DNA of 64,000 nucleotides from an uncultured Methanosarcinaceae archaeon (GCA_963733675.1 CAVTET010000004.1:96001-160000); one strand, 5' to 3'; counted from the first letter of the stretch, positions 37,602 through 50,509 are shown. The notes: generated by a model not told the origin, from the letters alone. Made by a program: numbers and translations.

Positions 37602-38920
37602 ATGTCTAAAATAAGGAAAAAAACAAGTACTTGAATTACAGCTGCTTTATATGATGAAATTTAAAAAGCTGGCTATGCAAGCCTGGCCATTGCAGTTACA
37701 AAAAATTTAGAGCTACTACTTTAGAGAATAAACGGAAATAACCGGAGATAATCGGAGACCAAGAATAAACAATTGGAAATCGAAAATAAGAACCTAAAAA
37801 ACTAGATTGAAAGTTTAAGTATACTCTTGAACTTAGAGGCTATTCGAAAAGTCCTGCTGATCTTAATGTTATCAATGCGCACGCTAAATGTAGGATAGCA
37901 AGGTAATTTTCAATTTTCTTTTCCCATCTTATAAGGAGTCTTCTGAATCTATTCAGCCAAGAATGTGTCCTTTCTACAACCCATCATCTTGCCCTAAAAC
38001 CAGGTGTCTCTTCTTATGTTTTCTTCTCCACGACTTTTGATATGCGCAGTATAACCATATTCTTCAACCAATTTTCTGATATCGTTGAAATCATAACCCT
38101 TATCCATGCATATATTCTGAATTATGTCTTCTGCAGAAGGTCTTTCAAAGAATATGGCGTCTAAAGTCCTTTTTACAAGCTTTTTATCGTGACGATTGGC
38201 TCCATCAACGACAACAGAAAGTGGTATGCCTTTACCATCAGTTAAAATACTCCTTTTTGTACCTTTTTTGCCACGATCAGTAGGATTGGCTCCTGTTCCA
38301 GCTCCACTAATGGTGCTTTTGTCATAGCACCATCAATTGATTATCATTCCCATTCTAATCCTTTTTCGAAATCAGACTCAACAAGACCAGCCAGCCACAT
38401 GCTCTCAAATAAGCCTGATAGTTGCCATTCCTGAAATCGATAATGTACAGTGCTTGGAGCTCCATAAAATCGGGGCAATGCTTTCCATTGGCAAACAGTA
38501 AAAAGGAGATAGAAAATGCCACTCATTATTTTCCTATCACCCTTTCTAGGTCTTCAAGACTTCTTTTTTGGCTTAGGTACAGGTAGTAAAGGTTATATTC
38601 TTCCCCAATAATCTTTAGAAAGTTTGTAGTCCTGAACAATTTTCCGTTTTCTCATTACCACACATGATCTTAAATTGAAAGTAGATTATTTTTCGAATAG
38701 GCTCTTAGACCAGATCCTTTAGAAATTGCTCAGCTCCGCGCTAGATACAAAGAGTTACAGGCATACAATGAACCCTAAAGACTAACTTAATAAGGCAGAC
38801 CTGTATAAAGAGGACCTCAAAGAAACTCATAAAATTTATATGATACAAGTTCAAACATTCATCAATCAAAAAACAATAGAAACACTTAAAGCTAAAAAAC
38901 CATGGTGGAAATTTTGGTAA
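37602..38920 (+). pseudogene. coiled-coil protein ending KKPWWKFW (DUF536/DUF3967-like), interrupted by IS5
   Basis: N-part MSKIRKK..AGYASLAIAVT, and after the IS, RPDPLEIAQLRARYKEL...YMIQVQTFINQKTIETLKAKKPWWKFW*. Confidence 0.7.
37836..38704 (-). mobile_element. IS5-family insertion sequence, inactivated, copy 2
   Basis: Same TIRs, TTA on both sides, near-identical to copy 3. Confidence 0.92.
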
Positions 38921-39482
38921 ATTAAGCATCTATGTATCTACTTCCAATAGATGAAGATATCAAGAAATAACATGTAGAGATCACGACTATATATTACTGA
39001 CCCATGTAACAGTTATTAAGAACAACTGCTTTAATGAATTAAAAACCGTTTAAAGGTGTTTTAGCCCAACTTTTTGCACAATAGCGTAACGTTAGTATGA
39101 TGTTATTGCTCTTGGATCTCTTTTGTCAGATTTGATCAACAATCCCCACTCCATTTATCCATAACATTTTTTTCGATAAGGAATCGTTCACCGATGAATA
39201 TAAGGAATAATGTTTTCCCGAAGTCGCACAAATTACAATATCCCGAAAAATGATTTAAACAAAAAGATTAGCAGTATCAATAAGGTAATCAAGAAAATTG
39301 CCAACCAAACCCCTAAACTTAGCAATAATACGAAGAAAAGTACGACCAAAAACAATATAATCGAAATAATATCCGTTATCAAAAACATTATCAATACCAG
39401 CAAATTAGTCCTTCTTGTATATATGGGGTAGATCTTCTAGTAAAAATAAATTGAGTTTTGTGGAGAATATTTAAACAATTAA

Positions 39483-39722
39483 CTACTTTTGCTCTTCTTT
39501 AAACCTAGCAACCTTGACAACAACCCCAAAGTGATCTTTTTTATTCTCTGAAACTACATTCATTTTTCGACATTCTCTTCTCCCGTAGTCTTCAAAAAAG
39601 CACCGTTCCAGTATCCACATACATCCCAAACAGTCTCCTACATTTGGTACATCATTTAGGGTCTCAAGAAGCTTTAGATCACGTTGAGTCATATTTACAT
39701 ACCCAGTTGTACCATTTAGCAT
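39483..39722 (-). CDS. small hypothetical protein with Cys residues
   Basis: 79-aa ATG ORF containing CLGC...C...C. No family recognised. Confidence 0.45.
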   Translation of the reverse strand: MLNGTTGYVNMTQRDLKLLETLNDVPNVGDCLGCMWILERCFFEDYGRRECRKMNVVSENKKDHFGVVVKVARFKEEQK

Positions 39723-40225
39723 TATTTATTACACAAATGGAGAATATACACTTAAACTATAAAATCCTTGAAAAACAACAGAGCTCTTAGATTGGTACTC
39801 AGTAATCGTCATCAGATTTTAAACTTTTGACAATTTCAAGCCTTAAAGACTGTAGACCAGTCTATAGTTCTCATGTTCCTCTATCCAGTGAAATTCATTT
39901 AATATATGAAATTTTTTACATATGTAGAACATTTTATAGACTTTACTATCTATTTACACAGTAATTTTCTCATTCAGTGAACATTTATGTACCAATGATA
40001 TATGTATTTTTTAATAAATATATCGCAATTTAATAATTATAAGAATGAGTCATGCACTTTAACAAAAAATAAACACATTTGAAATTTGTGCCCTGGATAA
40101 TCAAATGAAAGGACCAATTAGGAATAATTGATGATTAACTTATTTTGAACTCTCTTAAACATATATTTCTAGGTTTATATAAAGGGAAAAAAACATATTC
40201 TTGGAACATTTTTGAGAATATTCGT

Positions 40226-40598
40226 TCATTCATCGTAATAAGGTATTTCGAAAATAGCAGGATACTTTTCTTTTAATCGCATGAGGAATTTTGTGTCTAA
40301 TTTTGCACTATGAAGTGTTTTCACTTTAGAAAATTGGTTAAGTGATAAATGGCAAGCTCCTTTAAGTTTAGCTTCTTTCAAGTTAACTCCTATAAGGTAA
40401 GTCCATTTAAGGTTAGCTCCTTCAAGGCGTGCTCCTTCAAGGTGAGTTCCTTCAAGGTTAGCTCTTTTAAGGTTAGCCCAAAAGGTTAGCCCCCATAAGG
40501 TTAGCCCCTTCAAGTTTAGCTTCTATGAGGTCAGCTCTTTGGAGGTTAGCTCCTTGGAGGTTAGCTCCTTGAAGGTCTTTTCTCTCTAGAATATTCAT
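40226..40598 (-). pseudogene. pentapeptide repeat protein, frameshifted
   Basis: [34 protein letters not shown] / [18 protein letters not shown]; 15-bp repeats; frameshift near 40480. Confidence 0.85.
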
Positions 40599-41065
40599 AA
40601 ACAATTAATTGTTTTAAACTACAATAAAAGTTACTATCTTAGAAAGATATCTTCTGTTCTCAGGATTTAGTTTTTAAAATTGTATCGATTTCCCTTGGGA
40701 TTGTCAAATTAACTCATACTTGCAGATTTTTTAATTCACTTTCACTGAAATAGATACCATTTTGAAAATTTTTGACTTCTCATTTTTGCTTCTTCTATTT
40801 TTGCCTTAAAACTGAAAAAAGACATCGATTTCATTGCAAAATATGCGTTGTGTAACTTAGTATAGAAAGATAGTAGAAATCAACAGAGCAGAAAGAAATT
40901 ATGTCGAAATTCAATGCATTTTCTTCATTTGATAAAGTGCTGATTTTTATTGTGAAGATTATAATAGCAAAAATATGGGGAAAATAACGAAGATGAAAGA
41001 TAAACAGGATATTTCAAAGTTCATCTTGAAAAACCTTTTGTATTATCGAAAAGAACATTAAAACT

Positions 41066-41656
41066 ATGAAGAAATCAATTGGTGCAAAAACACTTGCATT
41101 TCCGACACCAACTTGGGTTGTGGGAACTTATGACATGAATGGAAAGCCAAATGCAATGACTGTAGCATGGGCCGGAATTTGCTGTTCGACTCCTCCATGT
41201 ATCAGCATATCTCTACGAAAAGCAACCTATAGCTATGCCGGTATCGTGGAAAACAAGGCATTTACTGTGAATATCCCCTCTGAAAAACATTTAATGGAGG
41301 CCGATTACTTTGGCATCGCAAGTGGGAGGGATGAAAATAAATTTGAGTTAGCATGCCTTACCCCCATAAGAAGTGAGCTTGTCCCTGCTCCTTACGTAGG
41401 AGAGTTCCCAGTTGTCATTGAATGTAAACTACTTCATACCATTGAAATTGGGCTTCACACCCTATTTGTAGGAGAGATTATGGATATAAAGGCAGAAGAA
41501 TCCATACTTGACGAAAATGGGAACCCTGACATTGAGAAAATCAGACCTGTTGTATATGGGACCGGGAACAGAAGCTATTATGGCATAGGGTGTAATCTTG
41601 GAAAAGCTTTCTCAATAGGGAAAGAATGCTCAATTAAAAAGAACGAAAATATATAA
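41066..41656 (+). CDS. flavin reductase family protein (flavoredoxin)
   Basis: [36 protein letters not shown]. Confidence 0.92.
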   Translation: MKKSIGAKTLAFPTPTWVVGTYDMNGKPNAMTVAWAGICCSTPPCISISLRKATYSYAGIVENKAFTVNIPSEKHLMEADYFGIASGRDENKFELACLTPIRSELVPAPYVGEFPVVIECKLLHTIEIGLHTLFVGEIMDIKAEESILDENGNPDIEKIRPVVYGTGNRSYYGIGCNLGKAFSIGKECSIKKNENI

Positions 41657-42408
41657 TACTACTCAAAATAGCGAAAAGCCATTTACGACTTACACAGCTG
41701 AATTGATAAATCAAGTGAATTAAATTTTCAGTTATCTAAAAAAATGAATCTTATTACAATATCTTGTTTAAAGTGTAGATTCAAAATCTCAATTATAGCA
41801 CATAGTTAAGTTTTGACACAACCTGAAAAGATCATCTTGCTGATTTGGGATCCAAAATAATCTACAATCAAGTATTATTTTTCAATTATATACGAGGTTA
41901 GGAATTCCTTATCCACGTAAGGACTGCCGTACTGGAATGTAACACTACAGTACAATTGTTTGGCCAGTTAGATCATTGGGCGACATAATGAAGCTACATC
42001 GTAGCCGAGAACTTCTGATCCATTTTTTTGGCATTATCAATATCTTTCAGCAGAGAAGCTCAAATCTAGCCGGTTTAAGGTCCCGAAAATTTAGTCGACG
42101 ACTTTTCCCTGTTCATTGTTTGTGATAGTTATGTTCTACTTTACAATGTAGCTTTTTTCGCCTTGGATCTGAATTCAGATCAATTTTTTAGTGAATAGTT
42201 ACTTCACAATTTAAATTATTATTATACTGATGGAGCTTTAAAAGTTATGATAAGTTCTATAAAAAAGAACATCAAAATCAGTTTTAGAAGTTAAAAAATA
42301 TAATTTTAAAGTAGAAATGTTTAATTTATAGCGCGAAGTATTAACCCATGTGTAATTGTTTAGTTATTTTTCATCATTAATATATAAACAAATATCCGGA
42401 GACTGGAA

Positions 42409-43362
42409 ATGAAAAAAGTTAAATACGATCCAGCAAGTCAAAGTCATACAATCCTAACGTTTTTAGGAATCATTGCACTGGCGGTTTTAATGTTAGTGAG
42501 TATCGCAAATGCTGCGCAATTTGCAGATCAAATCAACTCTCCGAATCACTCAATAAATTTGTACGATAAAGGAGTTGCTTTAAAAAAATTAGGTAAATTA
42601 GACGAAGCTATAAAAGCATATGACGAAGCACTTGAAATTAACTCACAGTATTTTGAAGCTTGGAACGGAAAAGGACTTGCTCTAAGCAAATTAGGTAAGT
42701 TAGATGAAGCCATAAAAGCTTATGACAAAGCAATTGAAATTAACCCACAGTATGCAGATGCCTGGTACAATAAAGGAAATACTCTATGTCAATTAAGCAA
42801 GTTCGATGAAGGTATAAAAGCATATGACAAAACTATTGAAATTAACCCGCAGTATTCAAATGCTTGGTACAATAAAGGAAATGCTTTAGATGATTTAGGT
42901 AAGTATGGTGAAGCCATAATAGCATTTGACAAAGCACTTGAAACTAACCCGAAGTTTTCATATGCTTGGAACAATAAAGGAAAAGCTCTAAGCAACTTAG
43001 GCAGGTACGATGAAGCCATAACAGCATACGACAACGCGATTAAAATCAACCCACAGGATTCAAATGCTTGGTTCCAGAAAGGCGCCGCTCTAGGAAAATT
43101 AAGCCGGTTCAATGAAGCCATAGCAGCATACGACAAAGCGATTAAGATTAACCCACAGGATTCAAATGCTTGGTTCCAGAAAGGCGCCACTCTAAGAAAA
43201 TTAGGCAATTTAGATGAAGCCATAAAAGCATATGACAAAGCAATTGAAATTAACCCACAGGATTCAAATGCTTGGATCAATAAGGGCGCTGCTCTAGGGA
43301 AATTAGGCAAGTCAGATGAAGCCATAAAAGCGTATGACAAAGCAATTGAACTTAACCAATAG
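42409..43362 (+). CDS. secreted/membrane-anchored TPR-repeat protein
   Basis: Signal/TM helix, then about eight 34-aa AW.NKG..L..LG...EAI.AYDKAIEINPQ repeats. Confidence 0.93.
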   Translation: MKKVKYDPASQSHTILTFLGIIALAVLMLVSIANAAQFADQINSPNHSINLYDKGVALKKLGKLDEAIKAYDEALEINSQYFEAWNGKGLALSKLGKLDEAIKAYDKAIEINPQYADAWYNKGNTLCQLSKFDEGIKAYDKTIEINPQYSNAWYNKGNALDDLGKYGEAIIAFDKALETNPKFSYAWNNKGKALSNLGRYDEAITAYDNAIKINPQDSNAWFQKGAALGKLSRFNEAIAAYDKAIKINPQDSNAWFQKGATLRKLGNLDEAIKAYDKAIEINPQDSNAWINKGAALGKLGKSDEAIKAYDKAIELNQ

Positions 43363-44013
43363 GATTCATAGCATGGGATAGTAAAGGAACTTTATCTATA
43401 ATAAATTAAATAAATCTGATTTGTAGGTTGAATAGTTATATTAATTCTCATTTATTTTTTATCCTTCGTGAGATAAATGTAGCAACTTTTTGGCTTTAAA
43501 ATATAACATCCATTTTAATAAAAACTGTGTATTTCCTAAATGCTCAGGTAAAATTATCCTTTCACTTCGGCTGAAAAATCTAAAAATAGATAGATGTTAA
43601 TACAAACGACAATCTGTCCATAAACTATTCTATCCTAAAAACATGAATCTAAAAATATGTTATTCTTATTATCAGAGAACCGCTCAATATATACAATCAC
43701 ATTAAAAATATTTTTTCCCCCTTGGCTTTTTGCTAACCACCTGGGGGATCAATAGGGGTAGCTCTAAGAGCCATGTCAGATTGAACAAGCAGGTGCTTAT
43801 AGACCTTGCGATCGTCTATGCTTCCAATTATTCGGTTTTATGACAGTCATTTATTCTATCAATTATATGAGTTCAAAAGAAATCCAAATTAAATTTTTTG
43901 TTTATAGAGTTTGGTTTTATTGCTGGCGTTCTTGAGTATGGAAATCAAACACAAATAAGGTTGTTTAGAGTGACATGTTTTAGAAATTTCAGTTAAAATT
44001 ATTTGATTGGCAA

Positions 44014-44297
44014 CTATCCATTTACTATTACTGATTTTGTAATCGTAGAATTCTCTCTAAAGGGTGCAATCTTCAGGTACTCCACCGAATTAAAGCAATT
44101 TAGTAACTGTTCTTCGGTTTCGAACTCGATCAGGACCAGTCTTTCGGGATTCCAGTTTCCAAACATTGGAATAACCTTTCCTCCCCGAACCAGATACCTG
44201 CCTCCATGTTTTTTTACGATTTCGGGAACTTTCTCAGCATATTTGTATACAGTTCATTGTCCAAGACTTTGATTTTTATTAGCATATAAACCGGCAT
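44014..44297 (-). pseudogene. DUF1330 family protein, frameshifted
   Basis: MPVYMLIKIKVLDNELY / YAEKVPEIVKKHGGRYLVRGG...RLVLIEF. Confidence 0.85.
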
Positions 44298-45398
44298 TTT
44301 TTCCTTCCATCTACTCTCTTTTAAATAGGCACAATATCAACCCCATTATCCCATAGCATATCAATATGTGTACCTTCCGAAATCCAGACACTAAAGCAAG
44401 TAAATAAGCACCTTTAGATATGTTTTACATATAGCTTGAATCCATTATTCGTAATATAAATACTAAAGAAAAAAAAGGAGAAGATAGTAAATGATATTAT
44501 ATTTTTGAATATATATAACAAATGGAATCATTTTTTCGTAATATAAATACAGACGAAAAATGGGCGAAGACGACTAAAAATATAATTTTATATATATTTA
44601 TATTAATATGTACACTTATTAATACTTACAACTAGATGTAAGCACAAAATAACTCTATTTAGACCTATATTTTAATAATTATTTACTTTGTAGATTATAA
44701 TTTTATTTAGATAGGATTTTCAAATTTAAGTCTCTTTACTTTTCCATATCAAAAACCACATAAAAGGATGCGACCCCACAATTAAATAAAATAAATCCAT
44801 TAAAATTCTTCAATTGGGTCTAGATGATTATGGCTATGGACGTTGTTTTACCTAGGCTGAATAGTTATTAATACTGTTTTTCTGGATCAAGATGTGAATA
44901 TGGACAACTCTATTATGCATAGATTTTATACTAAAATCTCTGAATTTCCTAAGTTCCATTCAGAATAAGAAAACATTGAAGATCTGTTGCATATGGAGCT
45001 TGGGGAGCTTATAGAATATATGGAGTTTATAGAACATCTGGAACTAATTAGCTAAATCCCAAGCCTAAATAGATAAATCCTGAAAAGTTGTCATCATAAT
45101 TCAGAGAATCAGATTATGTGGATTCTACACATAGTTTAGATTATCATTATATAGTATATTTGCAAAAAAGACATATTATGTGTCTAAAAACGAGTTGTCA
45201 AAGGTCGCTTAAACCGATTTATTAGGCTGTAGGCACCCCCTCTTCATGCAGTTTATAAAAGCTACTTTTAACATATTAAAGCAGAATGATCACTAAAATA
45301 AGTCAACATCATTATTCTTTTGCGAGTAAATCATATAACTCACAGTTCTAAATTTTTATAACTGGAATTGTACTAATTAGTTGAATGTCCCAATTTAG

Positions 45399-46250
45399 GG
45401 TTCCGTTGCAAAATCCTTTCTAATGATACAATAGAATAAAAAAGAAAACCAAAGATAGTAATATGCTATCTAATTCCTTTAAATAGAAGCATTATGAAGG
45501 AGAAATTATCTTATTAAATGTAAGATGTACTTAAAATACCCATTGAGCTATAGAAATTTAAAGGGAATGATGATAGAAAGAGGAATTCAAGTGATCACAG
45601 TACTATAATGAGATGAGTACATCAATATTCCCCTGAAATAAAAAAGAAGATCAGAAGACATTTAAGACCAACAAACTATTCGTGGAGAGTCAATGAAACC
45701 TATATCAAAGTAAAAGGTAAATGGAAATATTTTTATCGAGCAGTTGACTCAAATGGCGATACAATTGATTTCATGTTAAGTTCAAAACGAGATAGAAAAG
45801 CAGCAAAGAGATTCTTTAAGAAAGCTTTGAGTTCTAATCATAATCAAATTCCAAAGGTAATAACTGTTTATAAGAATCCAGCTTATCCACCTGCTATAGG
45901 TAAACTGAAAAAGGATAAAATACTACCTAAAAACATAGGTATTCGACAAATCAAGTATTTGAATAACATTATAGAACAAGATCACAGATCTATAAAGCGA
46001 ATAGTTCATTCAATGTTAGAATTTCAGTCTTTTCGATCTGCTAATAAAACTTTAAAAGGAATTGAAGCTATGAATATGATCAAAAAAGGACAAGTAATCG
46101 ATTTAAATTACTCTGTTCTTAATGAAGTCAAATACATTAATCAATTGTTTGGTATAGTTTCATAATGTTAGTACATTTTCCTTTAATATTTTGATTTTTA
46201 TTCATTACTTATAGATTTACATATTTTTTTGAATTTTTTACAACAGAACC
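45399..46250 (+). mobile_element. IS6-family insertion sequence, inactivated
   Basis: TIRs GGTTCCGTTGCAAAA / TTTTACAACAGAACC. WRVNETYIKVKG, YLNNIIEQDHR. No obvious target duplication. Confidence 0.92.
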
Positions 46251-46479
46251 GTCCTTTGTACGTTCGATGTTTCCTGGATGTATAAACTGTATATATTCCA
46301 TCATAATCTTAGGTTCTTTTAGTTTTATTCCAGATATCTGGTTCAAATAAATTGTTTTGTCTACTCTGTGGAACCCAAAATGTAATTTCCCGTCGAATCC
46401 CTGTCTTTTGATGATAACTATCCTGGTAAATTTCGAGCTGATCATTGTGACCATTAGTACTCTTTAGCTCCATCAGCAT
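46251..46479 (-). pseudogene. DUF4429-like protein truncated by IS6
   Basis: MELKSTNG..QLEIY / VIIKRQG..DKTIYLNQISGIKLKEP..YIQF ends at the IS6 right end. Confidence 0.6.
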
Positions 46480-46559
46480 ATTTGTAGTTACGCCTATAAG
46501 TTGTTGTACACGTGCAGCTTGTTCTACCCCTATAGGCTGTTATGACTTTTTCGGTAATT

Positions 46560-47417
46560 TTAGGGAATAATCTCATCCCGATATTTTTCAATTCCAAGCC
46601 TGTCAAAAAGTTCTCCTAATCTTTCTCCATCAAGGCTTTCTTTTCTGTAATAATCAATAGTTTTTTCCAGAATTGAAAATAGCTGCTCCTCACTAATAAG
46701 TTCAATAATTTTTATTCCGTGCCTTGGTTTACGTCCCATACTGCCTCCAACAAAAATCGTATATCCGGTTTTTTCCGCTCTTAATACATCTTTCCTGCAA
46801 GCTACAATACAGGCTCCGCAAAGAACGCACTTTTATCTGTCTATCCTGACTTTCTCTTCCGTGATTGTTATTGCTTCCATTTTACAAGCTTTTTCACAGC
46901 TCCCACAGCCAACACAATTCTCTTCAAGAATTTTGGGTTTCGTAGCACCCATAATTCCAAAATCATTATCTTGAGGTTTTACACATACAGAAAGGCAGCC
47001 TGTGATTGCAATCTTGAGTTTCTTAGGGACGGGTTCTCCGAAATATTTCTCGTCGATCTTGTAAGCCAGTCTCTGGCAGTCAATTAACCCATATTTACAG
47101 ACACTGTTTCCATGACAAGCAACAATTGCCCTTACTTTTTTCCCAGAAGAACCTCCGAAAATCCCCTGCATTTCAAGTTCATAACTCGCTTTTTCAGCAT
47201 CTCCAAGTTTGACAAAAGGAATTTCAATCTGCTGTCTTGAAGTTAAATGGACGTAACCAGAACCATATTTCTCTGCAGCATCCGTAATTGCCCTTAGTTT
47301 TTTGGCGTCCACCCTTCCACCCACAACTTTAAGCCGCATTGGAAACATATTTTCCTGTCTCTGCGGCAGAAAACCTTTGTTTTTGAGTGAAGATTCATCA
47401 ATTCTTTTCTCGGCCAT
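46560..47417 (-). pseudogene. nitrite/sulfite reductase-like 4Fe-4S protein (Dsr-like) with one premature TAA
   Basis: HLTSRQ, ACHG..CKYG, KIAITGC...C, CxxCxxCxxxC. TAA at 46833-46835, after which the frame continues KCVLCGACIVAC...GERLG to TAA at 46560. Confidence 0.88.
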
Positions 47418-47464
47418 ATGAGATCAATTAACTGCAAAAGCATTAATAATTAATTCCTATAATA

Positions 47465-47744
47465 AAAAAGCAGACTCAATTATACCTTTAAGAAAGAGAA
47501 AAAGGAAGAAAATTTGGGGAAAATATAGACAACAATTGAACTTGGTATTTGACAACATTAAATATAATCAAAGGAATATAGCAGAAACCATATTTTCGGT
47601 AGTCAAAAGGAAATTAGGAGAAACAATTAGGGCAAAGAAGTTCAGAAACCAAGTAAAGGAAATTAAAATTAAACTAATAGCATACAACATAAACAAAAAA
47701 ATTGTAGAAATAATCTGTATCAAATTAAGGATTTCTACAAAGCC
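47465..47744 (+). mobile_element. IS5-family (second type) transposase 3' remnant with right end
   Basis: YNQRNIAETIFSVVKRKLGE...EIKIKLIAYN ending at GGATTTCTACAAAGCC. Confidence 0.8.
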
Positions 47745-48172
47745 GAGTAAGGTTTCTCTATAATCTTGGATTTGTGAGTTTTGGGTTATAGGTATCCTTA
47801 TTACAATGTATCTAAAAATATTTAAATTTTAATTGACTCTGTATCACTTTACTTCATCACAAAACGGAGTCCATAGTCAATATTTTTATTTACAAAACTT
47901 CTGATTTTAAATTGTTATTTATACACAGTTTTTTTGTGATTAAACCTATGTATAATCTACCTTTTTTGCAAAATCATACAGGAAAATCTCAAATTATGGA
48001 GAGATTTTACACAGCTTTTATTAAAATGTATTTTTTGAAACCAACATTTCGCTATATCCCTACTCTCCGTGTTTCCTACTAAACTATTTAGAGTAGAATT
48101 CATCAGTTTCATACATTCTAAACCCAACAATGAATATTAACCAAATAATTGAAAACGAACGATGCTTCAAAT

Positions 48173-48321
48173 GGTTCCGTTGCAAAAAATCTGGCTATTT
48201 TACAAAACGAGTGAAAAAAATCACAATTAGGATATTTATATGCCATAGACAGATCAATAATGATACAAAAAGCAATAGTTATAGCCCAAAAAGGCCATAA
48301 AATTATTTTTGCAACAGAACC
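48173..48321 (+). mobile_element. 149-bp IS6-type MITE, copy A
   Basis: GGTTCCGTTGCAAAAA ... TTTTTGCAACAGAACC, matching the IS6 ends at 45399/46250. Confidence 0.88.
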
Positions 48322-48439
48322 GAAAATTCTCTCTAATACTTGACTGTCTCTTATCTTCGCTGAAATTAGACTTAAAGAATAAATTAGTCATAAAAATGTT
48401 TTTAAAAAATGGTTTCCCATATTTATAAGAGGGAAATCG

Positions 48440-48673
48440 ATGCCATATAACAGCAATTCTGAATTACCCGAGACTGTTAAGGAAAACCTACCCTAAAAAG
48501 GACAAGACATTTACCGGGAAGCTTTCAATAATGCATGGGAACAATATAAAGAACCATCCAAAAAGAGAAAGAATGAATCGAGGGAAGAAGTTTCACACAA
48601 GGTTGCATGGAGTGCAGTTAAGAAAATCTACGAAAAAAGCTCTAAAGGAAACTGGATAAAAAAGAAGGAATAA
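48440..48673 (+). pseudogene. chaB: ChaB family protein with a premature TAA at codon 19
   Basis: MPYNSNSELPETVKENLP*KGQDIYREAFNNAWEQY...HKVAWSAVKKIYEK..GNWIKK. Confidence 0.88.
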
Positions 48674-48747
48674 AATTTAATTTTGGACTTTAAAGCATGT
48701 AATTTATGTGAGTATCAAGGGATAATGCTTGGTGGCATTTCAAAATT

Positions 48748-48896
48748 GGTTCTGTTGCAAAAATAATTTTAGGGCCTTTTTAGGCTATAACTATTGCTTT
48801 TTGTATCATTATTGATCTGTCTATGGCATATAAATATCCTAATTGTGATTTTTTTCACTCGTTTTGTAAAATAGCCAGATTTTTTGCAATGGAACA
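48748..48896 (-). mobile_element. 149-bp IS6-type MITE, copy B (inverted relative to A)
   Basis: Reverse complement of copy A with only a few substitutions. Confidence 0.88.
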
Positions 48897-49101
48897 GTAG
48901 ATAATACATATTTTTTATTAAAATATATGTGCTATTAAAAGCCAAAAAGTTGTTATATTTATCTCGCAAAGGATAACAATAAATGAAAATTGGTAACTAA
49001 TTAACTTATAAATCGGATTTAGTTAGTCGAGTCAGATTAACTGCCTTATAGTACCGAGCTATTGAATCCTGCGAGTATTTCAATTGCTTTGTCATATGCT
49101 G

Positions 49102-49959
49102 TTATTGCTTCATCATACTCCAAGCTTCTGATTCCGACGGGTTAATTTCAATTGCTTTAGCATATGCTTTCATTGCTTCATCGGAATCACCTAATTTACT
49201 TAAAATAATTGCTTTATTGTACCAAACTGCGGAATTTTGTGGATTAATTTCACTTGCTTTGTCATATGTTAGTATTGCTTCATCATACTTGTTTAAATAA
49301 TCAAGAATAACTCCTTTATTGTACCAAGCTTTTGAATTCTGCGGGTTAATTTCAATTACTTTATCATACGCTTTTATTGCTTCATCGGATTTATTTAATC
49401 TATTTAGAGTAACTGCTTTATTGTACCAAGCTTCTGAATCCTGCGGGTTAATTTCAATTGCTTTGTCATATACTGTTATTGCTTTACCGGGTTGATTTAA
49501 TTGGCCTAGAACATCTCCTTTGTTGTTCCAAGCAACTGCATTTTTCGGGTTAGTTTCAATCGCTTTGTCATATGCTTTTACTGCTTCATCGAAATCACCT
49601 AATTTCGCTAAAGTTACTCCTTTATTGTTCCAAGCATTCGAATTCTGCGGGTCGATTTCAATTGCTTTCTCATAGGCTTTTATTGCTCCGTTATATTTCC
49701 CTAATTTGTTTAGAATGTTTCCTTTTTTGCACCAAACATCTGAATCCTGCGGGTTAATTTCAATTGCCTTGTCATATGCTTTTATGGCTTCATTGTACTT
49801 TTCTGAGCTCATTAGCTCGCTCCCTTTATGGGCCCAAACATTTGTAGATTGCGCCGCACCTGCTATACTCACTAGCATTAAAAGCACCAGTGTAGTGATT
49901 CCTAAAAACGTTAGGATTGTATGACTTTGACTTGCGTTATCATATGTTGTTTTTTCCAT
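49102..49959 (-). CDS. secreted/membrane-anchored TPR-repeat protein (paralogue of 42409)
   Basis: Same YD.ASQSHTILTFLGI leader and about seven TPRs. The last repeat is disrupted by a deletion. Confidence 0.92.
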   Translation of the reverse strand: MEKTTYDNASQSHTILTFLGITTLVLLMLVSIAGAAQSTNVWAHKGSELMSSEKYNEAIKAYDKAIEINPQDSDVWCKKGNILNKLGKYNGAIKAYEKAIEIDPQNSNAWNNKGVTLAKLGDFDEAVKAYDKAIETNPKNAVAWNNKGDVLGQLNQPGKAITVYDKAIEINPQDSEAWYNKAVTLNRLNKSDEAIKAYDKVIEINPQNSKAWYNKGVILDYLNKYDEAILTYDKASEINPQNSAVWYNKAIILSKLGDSDEAMKAYAKAIEINPSESEAWSMMKQ

Positions 49960-50509
49960 TCTAAGTCTCCTGAAATTTGTTTAGATATTAATGATAAAGA
50001 ATAACTAAAAAAATACTGATGGATAATACTTCAATCTACAAAGTAAACTTTTCTACTGATAAAATATATCTACTAATTAATTAAAATAATTACTACATTA
50101 CTTTTAGTTGTCATCATTTTAAAAATTTTAAATTATTACATAAGAAAAATAACACTTTAACTTGCGAAACAGCAATTTTGGAAAAATCTTTTAACTACAT
50201 TACTAAATAAGCTAAAAAAAGCTGTGATGTAAGGTAGAACATAGCCATCTAAAAACAATGAAGCATAGATTTCACTTTAGAAAAACTGTGCATCAATGCA
50301 AAAAAAATGGAAGCATAACTTTGTTAACATAGTCATTGGCTCAGCACCCAACTTTTAGTTGTTTTATTTTTATATTAATGAAGTATCCTTCGTGACCTTT
50401 TTGTAGAATGTGATGTAAGATTAAATAAGCAGTAAAATCCATATCTACATTTTAGTTACGATTTTTAATTTACACAGTTTCTATCATTAGTTATTCTTCA
50501 TCATTATCA

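Noticed and set aside
42789-43340. 183-aa repetitive minus-strand ORF
   Set aside because: Antisense shadow of the TPR repeats.
48769-48969. 66-aa ORF
   Set aside because: Chance frame running through MITE copy B.
42409-49959. Diversity-generating retroelement acting on the TPR paralogues
   Set aside because: No reverse transcriptase, and I saw no adenine-specific TR/VR mismatch pattern.
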